A stretch of DNA of 64,000 nt from Lama glama (taxonomy: Eukaryota): positions 37,450,001-37,514,000 of the forward strand of contig CM052818.1 in assembly GCA_028534125.1 (NCBI GenBank), given 5' to 3'. Under the pieces are notes generated by a model. That model saw only the letters and a program-made list of their open reading frames with translations. It searched no databases and was not told where the DNA came from. Both the position numbers and the translations under genes were made by a program. Positions 1 through 11,100 of the stretch are shown here, piece by piece; within the stretch, counting starts at the first letter, position 1; each line of letters begins with the position of its first letter.

Positions 1-108
1 TTATATGCAATTTTCTGATAATGACTCCATTAATGAGAGTCACTGCTGACAATACAATTTGTTAAACATCACTGGATTCCTAAATCTTACATTCTGTCAC
101 TCTGAAAT

Positions 109-192
109 CCACCGCCACCACCACTGCCATCACCATCATGGCTGTCATCATCATCGTCTTCATCATCAGCATCATCATTGTCATTATCACCA
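109..192. repeat. Degenerate (CAC/CAT)n trinucleotide low-complexity repeat
   Basis: Directly visible: ccaccgccaccaccactgccatcaccatcat...catcatcagcatcatcattgtcattatcacc. Confidence 0.85.
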
Positions 193-2099
193 GCTGCAGC
201 CGAATAGCTCTGGACGTGTTTAGGTTCAACAATATTATCTTTTCTTAATTTCACTAACATTTATAAAGGGGGGAAAAAGCATGTCTTTACCTATTCAAGT
301 ATCAGTTTTGTATTCAATGCATTTGATTTCTCCTTTGAGAAACTAGGACCAAAAATTAATTAAATTTGGAAAATATATAGCTTAACTTTAAATTGTCTTT
401 TATATTGAGGGAAACAGCCTTGGCAATTAGGTGCTTCAAATGAGCACCAGTAAATACCCATTACTGTATGTCCTGACATAGCTGGACATCGAATAGAACC
501 TATAGCTCATGGTCTATCTGATTTCCTAATTGGGAGCAGCAACTGCATCTAGTGTTTTGAACCTGAATTAATTAACCAAAACAGATTAAATTGTCTGAGC
601 TATTCAAGGGACTGACACCAAAGGCAGAAGTAAATGAGGAAAGGACTATTTCACTCATTTTTTAATCACAAAGGTCAGCTTTTTTATGTAGCATATGATT
701 AGAAAGCCTTCAAAGGTGGAAAGAAACTCTAAAACACACAAATGTTATCTGCTTTTCCTTCAGCCAGCTTGCCTTCTAGTGGTAAAGGCTTCTCCCAGGA
801 CACACACCTTTGTCTTAAGAACTTCTATCTACCGAATTTGCTCAATCAATGGAGGTTTTTTTTTTTTTGTCTAGACATGAACTGTCTCTTGAGCTTTATC
901 CCCTCATTATTCCCAAAGCCACCACCAACTCCGGGTCCTTGTAACAAGTCCTGGATTCCTGCACTTGTCTCCACAGTGGCCACACTCTCTACTTCCTCCT
1001 CCTTCCAGCTCAGAGAGGGAAGTAGACCAGACTGACACACTGACAGCATTTCACCTCATTGTCCCTTTGCTCAAGAAAATGCCATAGCTGTCTCATCGCC
1101 TGGTGACCACACTGTAAGCTCCCTCCCTGGCTTCCGGGGCTTGTTGGAAGCTGGGCTCAGAGTGACAGGGTTTGAGCAGGTTTCACAACAGGCTGCTGTG
1201 GACATGCTGTTTTTGCTCAGGTTAGACCAGGGCTTCTGGTCCCTCCTGTCATTTTGGCTCTCTTACTTTTCCCCCATATCCATCCCGTGAAACATACACA
1301 CATGCAGACAGAATGTTCCATTCCTTTGTGTGAAACGACTGTTAATTTTGGAGAGATGAAAGAAGGGACAAGGGAGGGAAACAGGGAAATCATTCCTCCT
1401 TTCCTCCACAGTTTGCTTCTTCTTCATTTGAAACCAACATATTGCCTCTCTGATAAATACCTGAATGAGAGAGTGTCAGCTCCTCACAGATATATATTTG
1501 GGAACTGGAATTTAAAATTATGTCTTCTTCTTCTTCTTTTTTTTTTTTTTTTGGAGAATCAGCTTGAGAAGTGGCCCTTAAAAAAATCTCTCTGGATATT
1601 TTGTAAAGCTTCTATAGATGACATCCATTATGTTCTTCAATACCATTCATATTTTTAAGAACAAACCTGTCAAAATGAATGTTTCCCTTAATTTGTAGCA
1701 AAATCTCTTTTAAAGACATTGTATTTGATTATATATATGAAATCTGCCTTTTGCTTTGATGGCCAGACAACTTAGCTCACATTTGATTCTCATTTTCTGT
1801 AGCTTCTAACCCACGGGTTTTGAAACTATTCTCTCTGAAACCCACCCCATTTCTTTCATTACTCAGCTTTTACTTCATGCCCTCATTTAAACATTTTGCA
1901 TTACGTTTGTACCCTTAGAATCCATCAGAAGCTGCCTTCTTGTAGCGTCTGTGAGGAATCTAAAGGATAAATCCCCACGCTGCCGTTGGTTGGTTGGTTT
2001 TTATTTTGACTGCAGGTCAATTCTGCTGTTCTTGTTGTTGCTTTTGGTTTTCTTGAAAAACACAGGGCGGGCTCACTTAAGAGCAGTAACAGTGACCCC

Positions 2100-3020
2100 C
2101 ACCTACTGATCAGCTTTGTGCACTCAACCCTGTGCCAGCAATTTGATCACATTATTTTATAGCGTTTTCTCAAAAACCCTGAGACTCAATATATTTTCCA
2201 TTTTACAGGTGCAAAAATTGAGACTTTGTAAAACTAGAATGCTCTTCGAGAGCTGGTGGGAATATAAGAATGATACAAGCATTTTAGAAGACAGTCTGGC
2301 AGTTTTCTAAAAAAGTTAAACATATGTCTACCACTCCATGTCTCAATACTTATTGAAAAGGTACGAGAGTATATATGTACACACATTTGTGTATGAACAA
2401 TCTTTGTTCATAGTAGCCCCAAACTGGAAGCAACACAAATGTCCATCAGGAAGTTGATGGATAAACAAAATGTGTTACATCTGCACAATGGGAATGCTAG
2501 TCAGCAATTGAAAGGAAACGAACATGGATGCACAGAGTCACATTGATGAATCTCAAAAATCAGTATGCTAACTGAAAGAAGCCTGATGCAAAAAATATAT
2601 ATATAGTGTAAATTTTATGTATTAAAAATTCTAGAAAATGGAAACAAATCTATAGTGTTCGAAAGTAGAGCAGTAGTTGCTTAGAATCAGGGGTTGACGA
2701 ATCAGAGGGAGAAGAGAGGATGGATGGAAACAAAGCACAGGAAAATTTGGGAGGGAGCAAGTAATGTTCTGTACCTCGGTTGTGACACTGGTTTCACTGA
2801 GTATATATTTCATTGGCTTCATGGGTGTATATATCTGTCAAAAGTCATGAAAGTTTATACTTGTAATGGGTGAAGTCTACTCTATATAAATCATGTGTCA
2901 ATAAAGTTGTTTAAGAGAAACCCTGCAGCTTTGTGAGTCTGAATGAGTTGATTAAAGTTCCATAGCTTCATAGCAGACTTAGCACCACAAAGCTCATGCT
3001 CTAAGCTACTCTGGATTACT
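2100..3020 (-). mobile_element. MIR SINE split in two (about 2100-2229 and 2915-3020) by an L1 insertion
   Basis: MIR core-like 'ccattttacaggtgcaaaaattgagac' before the L1, continuing as 'gagtctgaatgagttgattaaagttccatagc...catgctctaagctactct' after it. Confidence 0.6.
2235..2915 (+). mobile_element. Old L1 (L1MC/MD/ME-type), ORF2 end plus 3' UTR
   Basis: 'gctggtgggaatataagaatg...gaagacagtctggcagtttt', 'ttcatagtagccccaaactggaagcaacacaaatgtccatc', ending 'aataaagttgtttaag'. The ORF at 2116-2310 ends in L1-like LEDSLAVF. Confidence 0.85.
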
Positions 3021-3284
3021 GTCCTTAAATTGTTCATCATTATATGATATAATTATATTTTTTCCTTGAAATTTTCCTTAACTGTTTCACATAAGAAAGT
3101 ATGAACTGTAAACTTATTCAAGGCAATGTGAACATAAATAGCATTCATATCTTAGGGCAACTTACAGTATGCTCCATGCATGGTAGATGAGTGTGTGTGC
3201 ACGTGCATGTCTGTGCGTGATATGAATAAGCCAGTTGACTACTGAACTACATACTTGACTCATTAATTGATGAATTATTGAGTT

Positions 3285-3789
3285 TTTTTTCCCAAGTATG
3301 GCCATAATGATATTTCTTATTTTACATATGACCTCTATTAAGAATTGATCTGATTTCCCTTCTCTTGAATCCGGGTGGATCTGTGATAGTTTCATCCAAA
3401 GGAGTACAGGAGAAGTATTGCTATGTGACTTTCAAGGCTTCATCACAAGGGATATTGCAGCTTCTGCCTTGTCCCCTGGAATAGCCACACTTGGAGTTTC
3501 AAGGTGCCATGTAAGAGGTCCAGCAGAACTGAGGTTGTTAGGCTGTGAAGAAGGCAAGCCACACAGAGAGGCCACATCACACTGATTGGCACCCCAATTA
3601 CTTAAGTCAGCCCAGCCAAGGTACCATCCATGTGAGTACACAAGCCTTCAGATGATTCTGGTCCCCAGCTATTATGTCAGTCCCACCTTTGTGCCTTCCC
3701 ATCAGAGGGCCTAGATGTGAAGGAGCAGGGATCAATAATTCTCATTGAGCTCTGTCTTAATTCCTGCCTTCCAAAGTCTGTGACCAAAA

Positions 3790-3839
<50 letters not shown>

Positions 3840-3884
3840 TTAAGCTGCTAAGTTAATTATAAACTTAAAGCATCAATTTAATAC
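3285..3884 (+). mobile_element. MaLR MLT1 (F/G/H-like) 5' LTR
   Basis: 'cccttctcttgaatccgggtgg', 'tgccatgtaagaggtcc', 'gccttcagatgattctggtccccagc', 'ttttaagctgctaagtt' are MLT1 LTR-type motifs. Confidence 0.8.
3786..3834. repeat. A13 run followed by a (TA)n microsatellite inside the LTR
   Basis: Directly visible. Confidence 0.95.
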
Positions 3885-4412
3885 CATAAGTGGGGTTCTA
3901 CCATTGTAAAAACTTAAAATATACTCTATTGGCTTTGGAACTGGGTACCTGGTTTAAGCTAAAAGGTCCTTTGATTTTAGTTATGCAAGTTTTATATTTT
4001 ATATTTATTCATCAATAAATTATATTAGTTAAAACAAGAAGGAACTTGAGAAGGAAGATTGGAAGGCAAGGCTATTATGACAGGGAGGAAATTGTTACTG
4101 GAGTGTGGTAAATAAAAGACCTCTTGTTAGGTAGCGATAGAGATTTTCGTAAAACCATTATATGTGTTGATGTGAAAAATATAATATTTACTCAATGGAT
4201 TTGACTGAAGAAATACTCAGGCAGTTTTTGAAAGTACCTACTGATTTCTTTTAGCTGTGTATAAGAAGATACAGAGAGGAGAGAGAAAGAGGGAGATGAG
4301 CAAAAAAAGAAAAGAAACTGTTTTCAAGTAAAGTGTAGAGGAAATATAATGGAATTAAGACTTGCTGGGCTCAAAAAAACCCCACTATTTTTCGCCCCCT
4401 GTATTTCAACAA

Positions 4413-4710
4413 AATTTTTTCATAGATTTTATTTTTAAAGCACTTTTAAGATCACAGCAAAACTGAGTGGAAGGGGCACCTGTTTCCCACATTCCTCATG
4501 CCCTCTCGAATGCAGAGCTTCTCCCAGTACCAGCATCCCCACCGCAGTGGAACATTTGTCACAACAGACGAACCTTCATTAATGCATCGTAATTACCCAG
4601 AGTCCGCAGTTTACGTTAGGGTTCACTCTTGGTGTTGCACAGTTTATAAATTCGGACAAATGTATTGTGCCTTGTATCCAGCCTTATATTATCAGATACG
4701 GTAGTTTTCC
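4413..4710 (-). mobile_element. L1MC1-like 3' end inserted in the MLT1 internal region
   Basis: 'tacccagagtccgcagtttacgttagggttcactcttggtgttgcacag' is the reverse-complement homolog of the L1 3' UTR at about 50700-50760 in this window. T-rich tail on the left. Confidence 0.85.
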
Positions 4711-5698
4711 AATTTGCTAAACTTTCTACTCACTATTAGGGTGGATGGTGACTTTCCTTATTCTTACCTGCCAGACTGGAATCAGGAAGTCCCTAAGGGT
4801 CCAATTTTTTTTTTCAAAGTCAGGACCATAGGGAAAAATAAAACTGAGAGTGATATTAGACATATACCTCAGGATAAAGAGAAAGCAAAGATGTAACTGT
4901 TAAGTCCTTTGTTAGAACCTCAGAAAGATTTGATAAAAAGATTTCATCAACCCTTTCAATTAAATAAATGGCCTCCTAAGGATCTTTAGGACATCTCTTG
5001 CTTAGCCTCTCTTAACAACAGACTTTCGAAGAACTTGAAAGGCATTACACCACAATTGCCTCATAAGAAGCCCAAGGTGAGAGAAGGACTTATCTTTATG
5101 AGAATTGTAGATAGGAATTTTTTTTTGTTTGATGGAGTGGATTATAAATGGATACATTAAATATCCACAGAGTTTTTAGGGGTACTTTTAGAATCAGTTT
5201 GGGTCAGAAGAGACAAAGTACAGGATGAGAAAGAAGACTTTAGATACCACCCCTGTCAACCTTTGACACACTGGAAGCAGGCAGAGAAATCTACTTGCTT
5301 GTAAACTTAGGCTATTTCTTATGAAAAGAAAAGAAATGTTGGCCCAAAGGATAAAACCAAGAATCCAAGATGTAGAACTAAGCGTCACAGCAAGTAGCTT
5401 CCTGGGTGGAGGACTGCACCTTATTCCAGGAACAGACATGTGCCCAGCAGAATGTTAGAGCTGCTGTGAACAAGAGACGGCTGCGTGCATACCATAGACT
5501 GTCAACAACAATTATCTGGGTCTGCCCCGCTGTTGTATTCTGGGTGTGAATGCATAAGATGATTTTTTTTCCTTTTAGTTTACAGTTCTTCAAATGGAGA
5601 GAGACAGTACTAAATGCCTCACTGTACCTAGACCTCATTTAAATCACAAGATCGTAAAGTTTGTAATAGGATGAGACTTTGGGGTCTTGGAGGAGGGA

Positions 5699-6385
5699 TG
5701 GCAAAAATAAACAAAGCTGTACGTTAATTAAAGTGGCGAAAACAGATTTTATTCAGTCACTGCTGCCGTTAGGGAGAAGAGCGGGGCTCCGTTCCCCTGC
5801 GTGCAGATGTGATGGGATGTTTGAAAGGGACAGTGAGGGGGAGGAGGAGAGAGCAGGGGCTCAAGTGGAAACCTTCAGTGGGTTGCTCACTGTAAATGTG
5901 ATTAGGCCAGCCGTCCCTGCTAAGCTTGCAGCTACTGAAGTGAGGACTCTGTCCTCCCACAGAGACTGAGAGACAGAGGCCCTGTCCTTCCTGAAGTTCA
6001 CGTTTCAAAGGAGCCGCTTCTTTTAAGGTCCGTGAGAAGGACACTCCTGAGTTGTGAGAGACGCGTATGCGTCTCAGAGGAAGACGGGAAGGATTCACCA
6101 CTGTAAGCCTTTTACAATAGATGCTGTGAGAAAGCGAGGTTGGGGCTGCACCTTCAGGTGTTGGCTAGGACAAACAGTAAGTCCTCTTGGCAGCCTTGAG
6201 CTTTCAAAAGCAGGCGCTCGGAGGGAGGGCTGGGGTCATCCTAGGGACACAGCTGCGTGCTGCTTTCCCGGGCAGGCGCTTTAATGGAAGGTGCGGTCAT
6301 CTCAGGACACAGCCTTAGGCTTGGTCCTCTCTTAATGCAGAAGTCTGAATGGAGTCATGCTGTGCCGAGAGCTCCACAGTGCTCG
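5699..6385 (-). mobile_element. ERV1-class solo LTR (MER31/MER67-like) inserted in the MLT1 internal region
   Basis: Starts TG, then 'gattttattcagtcactgc...agggagaagagcgggctc'-like sequence. Ends 'gagagctccacagtgctcg' (expected terminal CA reads CG). Flanks ggga/gggg fit a 4-bp TSD with one mismatch. Confidence 0.7.
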
Positions 6386-6442
6386 GGGGTGAGTGTATTT
6401 TGTATGTGAGAGAACATAAATAATTTATGGCCAGAGATAGGG

Positions 6443-6650
6443 TTGGGAGTTTTACAACATGGCCTGGAAAATCTCTGATACTGTACTATCAGGAAGGGGT
6501 AAAATTGCCCTTCTCTTGAATCCGGGTGAGCTAGAGACTGACTAGCAGGGCATGGCAGGAGTTTGCCACGCAGTTCCAAGGCCAGGTCATAGGGTCTTTA
6601 TCTACTGGACCAGTCATCCTTGGCAATCTAATCTTCCATACTAGAAGAGT
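6443..6650 (+). mobile_element. MaLR MLT1 3' LTR, truncated
   Basis: Follows the MLT-int end. Shares a 21-bp identical stretch with the 5' LTR, then 'gcagttccaaggccaggtcatag'. Confidence 0.75.
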
Positions 6651-7399
6651 GAGGACAATCATTTCCAGAAAAATGGAGGATGGAACAGATTAGAGACTCC
6701 AGGATGGTTACTTGGTATGAGCCACGAAGGGGTCAGTTGAGGTAGAGGTCGCTTGACCAGTATTGGTAGAATGAATAGAGCCAGATTAAATCAATGAATT
6801 AATGAATGGGTCCCTTCAGAGTGGATGATAATGTCTGTATCTGAATTGGAGCAAAATTAGAATTAAAATAAATTTAAATAATTAATGATAAATTCCTGGA
6901 TGATACATTAAAACATGACAAGATAATGGATCTGGTTAGGTGATGGTCATGTTAGGACGTCTAATGCTATTTAAAATCTGTCTACTGAAAAGGAAAAAGG
7001 TCGATTTGTCATGAACAGAATAGAATTATTTTGATTCATAGTCATTATTGTCATCGTGTAAATATTTGTTGTGTGAATGGACACCTCCCTTTCATGCACT
7101 GTGCACCAAGCCTTATGAGGAGAGTGCTTTCATGCATCATCCACCTGAATGGTAGCTCTTATTTAAAAGCCCATCACGTAAATGAGAAAATGCATGAATT
7201 TGCCCAAGGAAAGAGGTTTAAGACAGATTTTAGTAAGTCTTTACTGTGACTTTTAAAAAATGTTTTCTTTCAGAAAACACATTCTGTTTTTTAAGTATAA
7301 CAGTTATTTTAATTGATACATTTTACTTTGGAAACTTACATCCTGAAAAGACAGTTAAGTACATTTCCTTGGATAATTGTACACTTCACTCCCTCAACA

Positions 7400-7600
7400 T
7401 TTTTATGGCTTAACACAACCTATCCTTCCCAATGGGATCTTCCTTGAACGCTCCATTTGAATTGTATCCCTATTCTTGGCATTCTCATTCTCCTTTAGCC
7501 TGATCTAATTTTTTTCCGTAGCAACGATTACCTTTTAACCTACTACCTAATTGACCTACATTTGACGTGTGTTTCCCAGCTCTGGAGTGTTCAGTTCACA
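7400..7600 (+). mobile_element. L2 LINE 3' fragment
   Basis: 'gggatcttccttgaacgctcc...tttttccgtagcaacgattacc...ctctggagtgttcagttc' follows the L2 3' pattern. Confidence 0.5.
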
Positions 7601-8949
7601 GCCAACTCTTTCTCCCTTCTTTGGGGACTGGTTGTTCTTACTGTTTGCTTTATCCCTGCTTTGTCTAGATTTCCTCCAGTGTTTCTATTTCCTTGATCTA
7701 ATTTTCCACTCTTATCTCCTCCAAAATATCTTTTACAAATAAGTAAGTAAATTTGAAAGGAAAATCTCCCTTTCAATGAAGAGAAAGTATGGAACAGGGT
7801 AACTTTCAGTGCTTTTCTCTCCCTAGTTTTGCAAACCCTTCAATTACTTTGTACAATATAGTATGGCACAAACCCACATCTACCAGAGACATTCCTTGCC
7901 CTCTCAGCCCCCATCACCCACCCTCAGGTTTCATCAGCCCTTAATGGACATATGTTTACTCACAGTACCTTTGTCTGTCCCCCACCCCGCCTTGTTTTCA
8001 CGGTTACTCTATTACTGTTATGCTTAGTGAGTGGCCGTGTTTCCAGCTCTTAGACACCATCCTCAAACAGGAACAAATGATGCAAATGATCCAGAAAACT
8101 CTATGTGTCTGGTTTACTCCAAATAGATAAATGCTTATTTCCTTTTGGAACAAACTGCTAATGTGTACATTTCAGAGTACGCCAAGTTAGTACAAGAGGA
8201 TATTCTCTCGGGAAGATAACGTTGGAGATGGAGATCAGTGAGACTAGGGACACTTAACAAACAACAAGTCAAGCTTTCAGTATAAATTAGAACCTCAGTT
8301 TCTGCAAGAGCTTCAAAAATATGAACACTGATAGGAGCGGGCAGTTTTGTTAGGAATCCAGAATGCCATCCACATAGATGCGAGCTCTCATTCTGTCTCT
8401 CAAACACACACACGTATCACCCCCAACACGAAGGAAAACACAGCACACATGAACATACAAAAACAAGCTTACAGAATTAATAATAATAATAATAATAACA
8501 ATAAAAATAATAAATTCCTTTAACTAGTAAGAATATTGCAGTTCTTTCAGAGAAAAATAAATAACTCAAATCCTAGAGAATTCTTTGGATTGGTAGCAGT
8601 TTCATAACAAGATTTTCTTATTTAATTGTATCCAATTTTATTAAGGTATTTCTTACTGTTTCAGTTATTTTTCATCAGCCAGTTTTGATTCTAATTTCTC
8701 TTACTGTCATTTTTTTTTGTTTGTTATGCACTTTTATTTTTCATAATAAATTTTAGTATTTATTACACTTAAAATAAATGCTTAAAGATGACTACCTTCT
8801 TTCATTGTTATATTCTCATCTGATTCTCTCTTCCAAATAGAAATAAAATTTGTTTTATCCATTCATGAAAAACAAGATAAAGATAAGCAAGTAAAAATGC
8901 CTATTGGGTTTCCACGGGACTGTGCTCAATTTCTAAAATACTTCAAATA

Positions 8950-11100
8950 CAAAATAGTAAATTATAAAAATCTCTAATCTACTAATATACTAATAATTAG
9001 TAAGCTGAAAAAGGGAAAAACACATTCCAATGCAAAATAATTTGATAAAGTTTAACCACTCTTGACAACAAAAATTCGTGTTGAAATATACATTACTTAT
9101 GTCAGGTGATAAAGTTGATGTATGTTAAATCACGAATCCCTTCTTTTACTTGCAGAGAAAAGTCCTAAGCATTCCTTTTGCAAATAGATACAAAAATCAT
9201 TTCTAGTCTCATTATTCTTGTGAATTCTTTTTAAAATTTTAATTGTAAGAATAAAACATGGAAAAGCTAATGAGGATAAATATCTAAAGAAAGATTTGAG
9301 TAGCACAATATGTTCAATTACTGTAAAAGAATGAGCTAGAGATGTGCTGTGTTTTGCAAGGGGTTTAGTATTTCAGGAAGTTCATAAGATACATGTTCCA
9401 AAGCAATAATCTACTAGAAGAAAAAAGGAAATAGATATTTTACACACATTAACAACAAAAATGTAAAATGTATAAAAGTAGCCTTAATAAGAGGTGCATG
9501 AGAACAATATAAATGCCAAAGACAGCTGGAACAGCCATGTTATTTAATGTAAAAGCCAACTCTATGATGCCTTTGTATTTTCCCTGAACTCCTTTACAAA
9601 AATGATGCAGAGAACACTTAAATAATTAGTTATTATTATTATTCTGTAGTTTTTGTTCTCTCTCTTTTTTTTAAGAATTTGTATTATTCATAAGTTAGAC
9701 ACCCACATTCTTTTCTCCATGACTTAATGTTTGGTATTTTCCTTTATTCTTTCTACTGTTTTTCTTTATTTCTTATTGTTCTTTTTGATGCTTCCAAAGA
9801 TTGTGCTAATTGTTCTAGTGCATATTTTTTTTTGTTTGTAAAAATGCATTGCTTTCTCTTGTTGAATACTGCCAAAGCCTTCTTTTGTATCTTTAGGATA
9901 GATTTCAGAGAATCTCTAAAATCATCTTGGATATAGTGTAGAAAATCTTTCCAAGGTGGAAGTTAGCTCTGATCCATCCATTCTTGAACTGTTACTCTTT
10001 AGTGCTACAAAATATTTTTCTTTTGCAAATTGATATTCGCTTTAAGGTTTAATTTACACCTGTGTCCTTGTGAATACTCTGTGATTTGTCAATGTGAGCA
10101 TTTGTTTGTATCAGGTGATACTGATGCTGGTAGAGTTCAATGATAGTAAGCAGCCTGCTGATATTTCAGAAATCCTTGGTTAATTTTTTCCAGACTTTTT
10201 AAAGCCTTCTTCTAACCAAGGTAGCTGTCCTTTAGCAGGGAATTCAAGCCCACTGCTGAGAATATCACTCAGGCTAGAGTCATAGTGCCCATAAATGATA
10301 AATTCACTATAGGTTCATCATGGAATGGCTCGATAATCTGTGAAAATGATGCTCCCAGCAAAAAAGTAAGCCATAAATAATTCATTAACCTGATATACTT
10401 TAAAAATTAATGCAAGTTAAAATTCAAGAATATTTGAATGATAATACTAGCAGAGAAAATTCAATGACAATCATTTTATTCAAAATGAAGTTACTTAAAG
10501 AGAAAAAAATAAGAAAGAGATTAAAAAAATAAGATTAAAAACCTGTTTTAGAGATGCCTAACAAAACTGAGCAGAATGTACGAGATAATAGCAAAACACA
10601 AAATCAGTTATCAGATCTGATGTATATAAAAATAGAAACCTCAGACATGAAAAACAAATATGGTTTTGAATGCAGGAATGGTGCCAGGAATACTAGCATG
10701 CCAATTAAGAAAACGATGTGTTTCTGGAATATGACCGAAATAAGACACCCAAACCCAAATGATTTCAAAGAAGAGGTAAATAAGAGATTGCTGGTGCTGC
10801 CTGTACAACATCATAGCATCCTGCAAATATAATTTCTGGATAATATATTTTAAAGAAAGTAACCAATAATTAGTGGGTAGTATATAAAAGTATCCTGACA
10901 AAGAATCCTAATTAGGATATGCTATTTCATTTCGTCAAAATCATCATCATTTTTGTCCTAATGAATTACTGTACTCAGCCCAGATGGTTCCCTCAGAAAT
11001 GGAAGGAAACAGATAAAGAGGAATAAAGTAAACCCAATTTTATATAAATCAAATCACTAACTATATAAATAAGTGAAATTGTATTTGTACAGGAATTAAT
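8950..11100. mobile_element. Highly degenerate L1ME/HAL1-like fragments, probably in both orientations
   Basis: AT-rich blocks with strand-asymmetric A-rich and T-rich composition and L1-like phrases ('atttgataaagtttaaccactc', 'aaaatgtataaaagtagccttaataagaggtgcatgagaac'). Confidence 0.35.

Larger units (their letters stand above)
3885..6442 (+). mobile_element. MaLR MLT1 internal sequence (degenerate), interrupted by two younger inserts
   Basis: Starts 'aagtggggttctaccattgtaaaaac...ggctttggaactgggta' and ends 'gtattttgtatgtgagagaacataaataatttatggccagag', both typical MLT-int termini. Confidence 0.75.

Noticed and set aside
109..222. Poly-histidine reading frame (HRHHHCHHHHG...)
   Set aside because: This is a common degenerate (CAT)n repeat that reaches a stop quickly and has no convincing exon context.
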